Assembly (NCBI RefSeq): GCF_964355755.1
Contig: NC_092670.1
Location: forward strand, 33,654,388-33,718,387
Length of the DNA: 64,000 bases
From: Antedon mediterranea
Taxonomy: Eukaryota; Animalia; Echinodermata
Direction: 5' to 3'
Under the pieces are notes generated by a model. It saw only the letters and a program-made list of their open reading frames with translations. It had not been told where the DNA came from and searched no databases. Below are positions 59,978 through 64,000 of this stretch, one piece after another. Each line of letters begins with the position of its first letter. Within the stretch, counting starts at the first letter, position 1. The position numbers and the translations under genes were made by a program.

Positions 59978-62900
59978 ACCATCTAAAGAATATTAAGCCC
60001 AGGCAGCAATAAATGAATTAATATAACGTTAATATATTAGCCGACTCATTCATCAACATTTCATGTAGTTCATGAACATTTGAATCAAAGCACCATTGTC
60101 TTTTTTTATGCACCGTTCGCCTGTTAATCAGTTGAAACAACTGGTTTGCACACGATACGCTCGTTTGAGTTCAAACAATAATTATTTCAACCATCCACTT
60201 TCCAAACAGCAGTTTTTCGTACCGAAAGTCTTTTCCTGATACGTGTTAAAGGCCAGGTGCGGGCAAAAAAATTCTATTGAGCATACATTCCAATAATTAT
60301 CGATCTATAGTTTCCCCTATGTTTCATAATTTTTGGGATTGTATTTGTGTTACACGAGCTTGTTGAAAATAAGCACTTTCTTATCAGTGGGGGGATAGTT
60401 CAAATTACACAGTAAAATCTCTATTCTTTTGTACACACATTTTGTAAATAGAGAGGCATTTTAAAAAGCTATGAAAAATAAACGGTGTGGTAAAAAATGT
60501 TATCAGATGACTAAATATAGGTAATATAACTTGAATTTTACATTTCTGGTATTTTTATTCAACTTCAAATTTTTATTTTCATGCTATAGCAAAAATTATC
60601 CACCGTATATCCACCATCTTTTTTCACTTGCTAGGGAGTCACCAGACATGTTATTACATTAGGTTAACAACCTAACTACTGAAAAAAAGTCTTCCTGGTT
60701 TTTATGGAAGAATTTTGCCAAATTTTGTTTTTGACCATATTAAGGGAAATTCATGTTTTTTTGTCTTGATTTCTGTTACAAATATTTGATTTATGTACAA
60801 TTAACCAAATATTATATGTAAAATTCATTCCTGTACCTGAGCTTTAAAGTGGTTCCATATTAATAACCTACTTTTTATTGGCCAGTTTTACACACTGTTC
60901 GTTTGTTCATGATTTCATGTCAATAAAATCCATCATGATGATATACTACAGTTGTTGTAATGTATTCGAGGATATAAAACTTGTCCATGATTAAAACAAT
61001 GGATATAAATTAGAAAAATATTCCTTGCCAATTGCGATAAAAAAGAGACAATAACTTACAAATCGTATGGGTTCAGTATCTTAACAACAAATAACAAGTT
61101 CGATTAAAGTATGACGAATGAGGGCGTACTTTATTTTATGGAAGGCCATTTTTATTTGGACATTTTTAAACACATATCTGTATATTATATACTAGTTTAA
61201 ATTTGGATTTCTTTTTATGTAATGTATTTAATTATATATTTTATTGCAAACTAAACTTAAATTATGCTATAAACAGTTAATTACCATTGGTTTCATAGCT
61301 TTTTTAATATATTATATTTGTTTACGGGTGCTAACGGCGTATCGTAATTTCGGCCACGTTCCTTCTTCGAATTCGCGGTAAAAAAATCACGACATGATGT
61401 GGTAAAAAATTGCGTACAGACGTTAAATCCCAGATTTTGCACGAAGCAACATCAAGAAATGATCTTTCCAATATATTCTGAACTAGCGTGAATTGAATTA
61501 GGGTAAGAGGTTATGCCACGGTGTGGGTGATTTTTGACTGGACTAAATACAATGAATACAAATATTAATTAATTCATTAAAATAACCAATGAAAATAGTA
61601 TGTTCGTTACAATATTATAGAGAAATGATGAGATGAGAAATATAAATGTATTTAAACAGCAATTGGAAGTTCGTGTTTCTAGTTTTAGTGTTTATATAAT
61701 TATGATTATCCACGTCAGGATATGTAGGCCTACGGAAGCTAGCTATAGCCATTTTCTCTTATCTTCTTCAATCATCTCTTTCATTCAAATGAATATGTTA
61801 TATCTTATTCCTAGCCATCTTTTGTTTCAAGTTTATTATAATTTATAATATCGAATTTAAATCTTACCTTTGCCTATTATTTACATACGGCTTTTAAATT
61901 ATTCTCAAAAGATATCAACATACTGGTAGTTTAGGACACCCTGTTGAACCGTGAAATGTGCAAACAACCACATTTGTGCAAACGTGACACATCTTCAAAT
62001 GTGCAAATTCATAAAAATTCATAGTCACTAATGTGCAAACATCACGCCGTTAAATGTAAATGTCTTTGTTGACCGATTAGAGGTACCCTATTGAAGATTG
62101 AAACCATGCCTTTATTATAGAATTGCATGATATTTATATATATTTTGTCAAATTCGTAAGGATACTGATAATGTACATTAAGGTTTTTATGAGAGAGTTA
62201 TATTTAGGCCTAATGTTTTTGTTATATTTCATAGAATAGGTAGGGCCTACTTATCTACATTATTTTATTTTATTTACGTAAAATGTGGTTTTTCTTCTCG
62301 GGCTGATTTTCAATATGTTTCTTTTTCGTCAGAGCGGAATAATAAACATTGTAAACATTTGGCCTGCAAAGTTGTCATGTTCAAAATGAGATCAGTTCAA
62401 GTGTAATTAAAAGATATATATTTCAAAACAAACAGACAAGTTAGTATATTATGCAATTAAATCCTTTATTCTGTGTATAAGGTTACAAAGTAATTAAACT
62501 AGTATTATTCAATCAAGTCAGTGCTTTTTTTTCATTGAAAACATGTGTCTGTTACATATTTTTATTTTACGTTGTTTTATCCATTAAAATGTGTAAGGAA
62601 TTCATTTTAAAATGTGCCTGTCTGCGTAATATTCAAAATAATTTTACATTTAAAAAAAGATAATCTGTTCAATGAAAAGCTTAAGGTATTAACTTTAAAG
62701 ACATTTTGCATTTTGATTGAAATCTCCATTCTGTGTAATACATTTTTATAATATTATGGAAAGCTCATTTTACAAAGAAGACACTATACTACACATGTAC
62801 ATAAAACACCAACAAATCAATGCTATTCTTCCCGGCCCGGGGGAATAAAGAGATCACAAGCAAACTTATTATATACGTACACTATGTAATAATCTGGGTA

Positions 62901-63511
62901 TTAGATTTGGCCATCGTGAAGGGATAAGTAATACGTAACGTGAGAGTTGTATTTTTTAAAATCTTTATTTAAGATGTATTGTGCCCCAAAAACATGAAAA
63001 TGAAAATTAATTAAATCAGACTTTGAATAGGTTTTTGTAGTTTTAATAAAGTTAATCCCTTCCATAAAAATAACAAACAACAAAATAATGTTTTCTCATA
63101 TAAAATGACAAAATAAATTGTTACATTCTACCAAAAATCCATTGACTGCCAGCCAATTCGACCAATTTTGTATATAAAATATTTTTTTTCAGGTAAAAAT
63201 ACATTATTTTTTTTCGATTCAATTTTTGTTCAAAGTGGATAATTATCATGTGAAATTAAAATGGCACATTCAACAACAACAAATTGAAACATTATTTTTT
63301 TGGAGGAAAACACAATCAAGGTCAGTTAAAATACTGTACATACATATCAAAATAATACTTAAATAGAAAACATTTGAGCAAAAGAACAGAACTTGATCAC
63401 AATGATAGCCAAGAAAAGTTTCCTTACTTCCACTATTATAATAAGTAATTATGAAAATGTCGTTTTTAAATACGACAATTCAATACAAACTATATTGGAA
63501 CGTGTTGGTTA

Positions 63512-63634
63512 TTACTTCTTACTACCATTGCTAGGATGATTCATTGCGACGGCGTTACTTTTACTCACTACAGACGGTTCACTCATGGCAGTACCATCCG
63601 TGTTGATGTACTCGGCTGCTAAAGTACATGTTAT
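63512..63634 (-). CDS. Possible terminal exon of a neighbouring gene
   Basis: GTTTTGTTTCAG acceptor, then ITCTLAAEYINTDGTAMSEPSVVSKSNAVAMNHPSNGSKK*; GC higher than flanks; identity unknown. Confidence 0.4.
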   Translation of the reverse strand: MTCTLAAEYINTDGTAMSEPSVVSKSNAVAMNHPSNGSKK

Positions 63635-63799
63635 CTGAAACAAAACAAATCATTATAAAAGAACCTCTAAACGAATCCTAGTTTTATTATTAGAGGCTGT
63701 GCTGCGGGGTAGTTGTCCTTAGAAAGGAAGTTGTTCCTGATAAAAAAAAATCTCAAAAAACATCGAGCAGATCTCTTCTTTAAATTTAATTTGAATATA

Positions 63800-63915
63800 T
63801 TTTAGCCGCGTGCAACGCGACTCTACAGCTCACTGTGTCGGTCGGTTGGTCGATCGGTAATCGCTAACTCAAATTTGAGCACGCGAATGCGCTACAGGAT
63901 GTATATGGCCTTGTT
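63800..63915 (+). mobile_element. Short HINE-like element related to 6743-7569
   Basis: TTTAGCCGCGTGCAACGCGACT...GTCGGTCGG...GGCCTTGTT. Confidence 0.55.
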
Positions 63916-64000
63916 AATATTGATTTAATAAATATGCATTTTTGTATGTATTTAAGTTATATGTATGATTGATTATTATGTCAATGATGTTTATGAATTT

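Overview
AT-rich animal (marine-invertebrate-like) genomic DNA with GT-AG introns and many transposons; no prokaryotic features. The main feature, mostly missed by the ORF track, is a 19-exon gene on the minus strand (57389 to 15032, about 1107 aa, assembled by hand from splice sites). It encodes a signal peptide, an LRRNT cap, about 16 leucine-rich repeats on 15 symmetric phase-2 exons, TNFR/ephrin-receptor-like Cys-rich repeats and a roughly 9-helix membrane domain lacking rhodopsin-GPCR and TIR motifs. An inverted, splice-intact but 3'-truncated copy of its N-terminal LRR exons lies on the plus strand at 1207-9849. That copy has rearranged exon order, and its amino-acid changes cluster on the LRR ligand face. 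The two N-terminal cassettes flank one shared C-terminal region in an inversion-compatible geometry. Introns and flanks hold a near full-length CR1 LINE, an L1/Tx1 fragment, two Gypsy remnants, Penelope fragments, three long-TIR DNA elements, Helentron-like elements, a Deu/Nin SINE, minisatellites and two families of tandem or palindromic tRNA-like repeats associated with (TA)n. All coordinates were read by eye; no searches were run.
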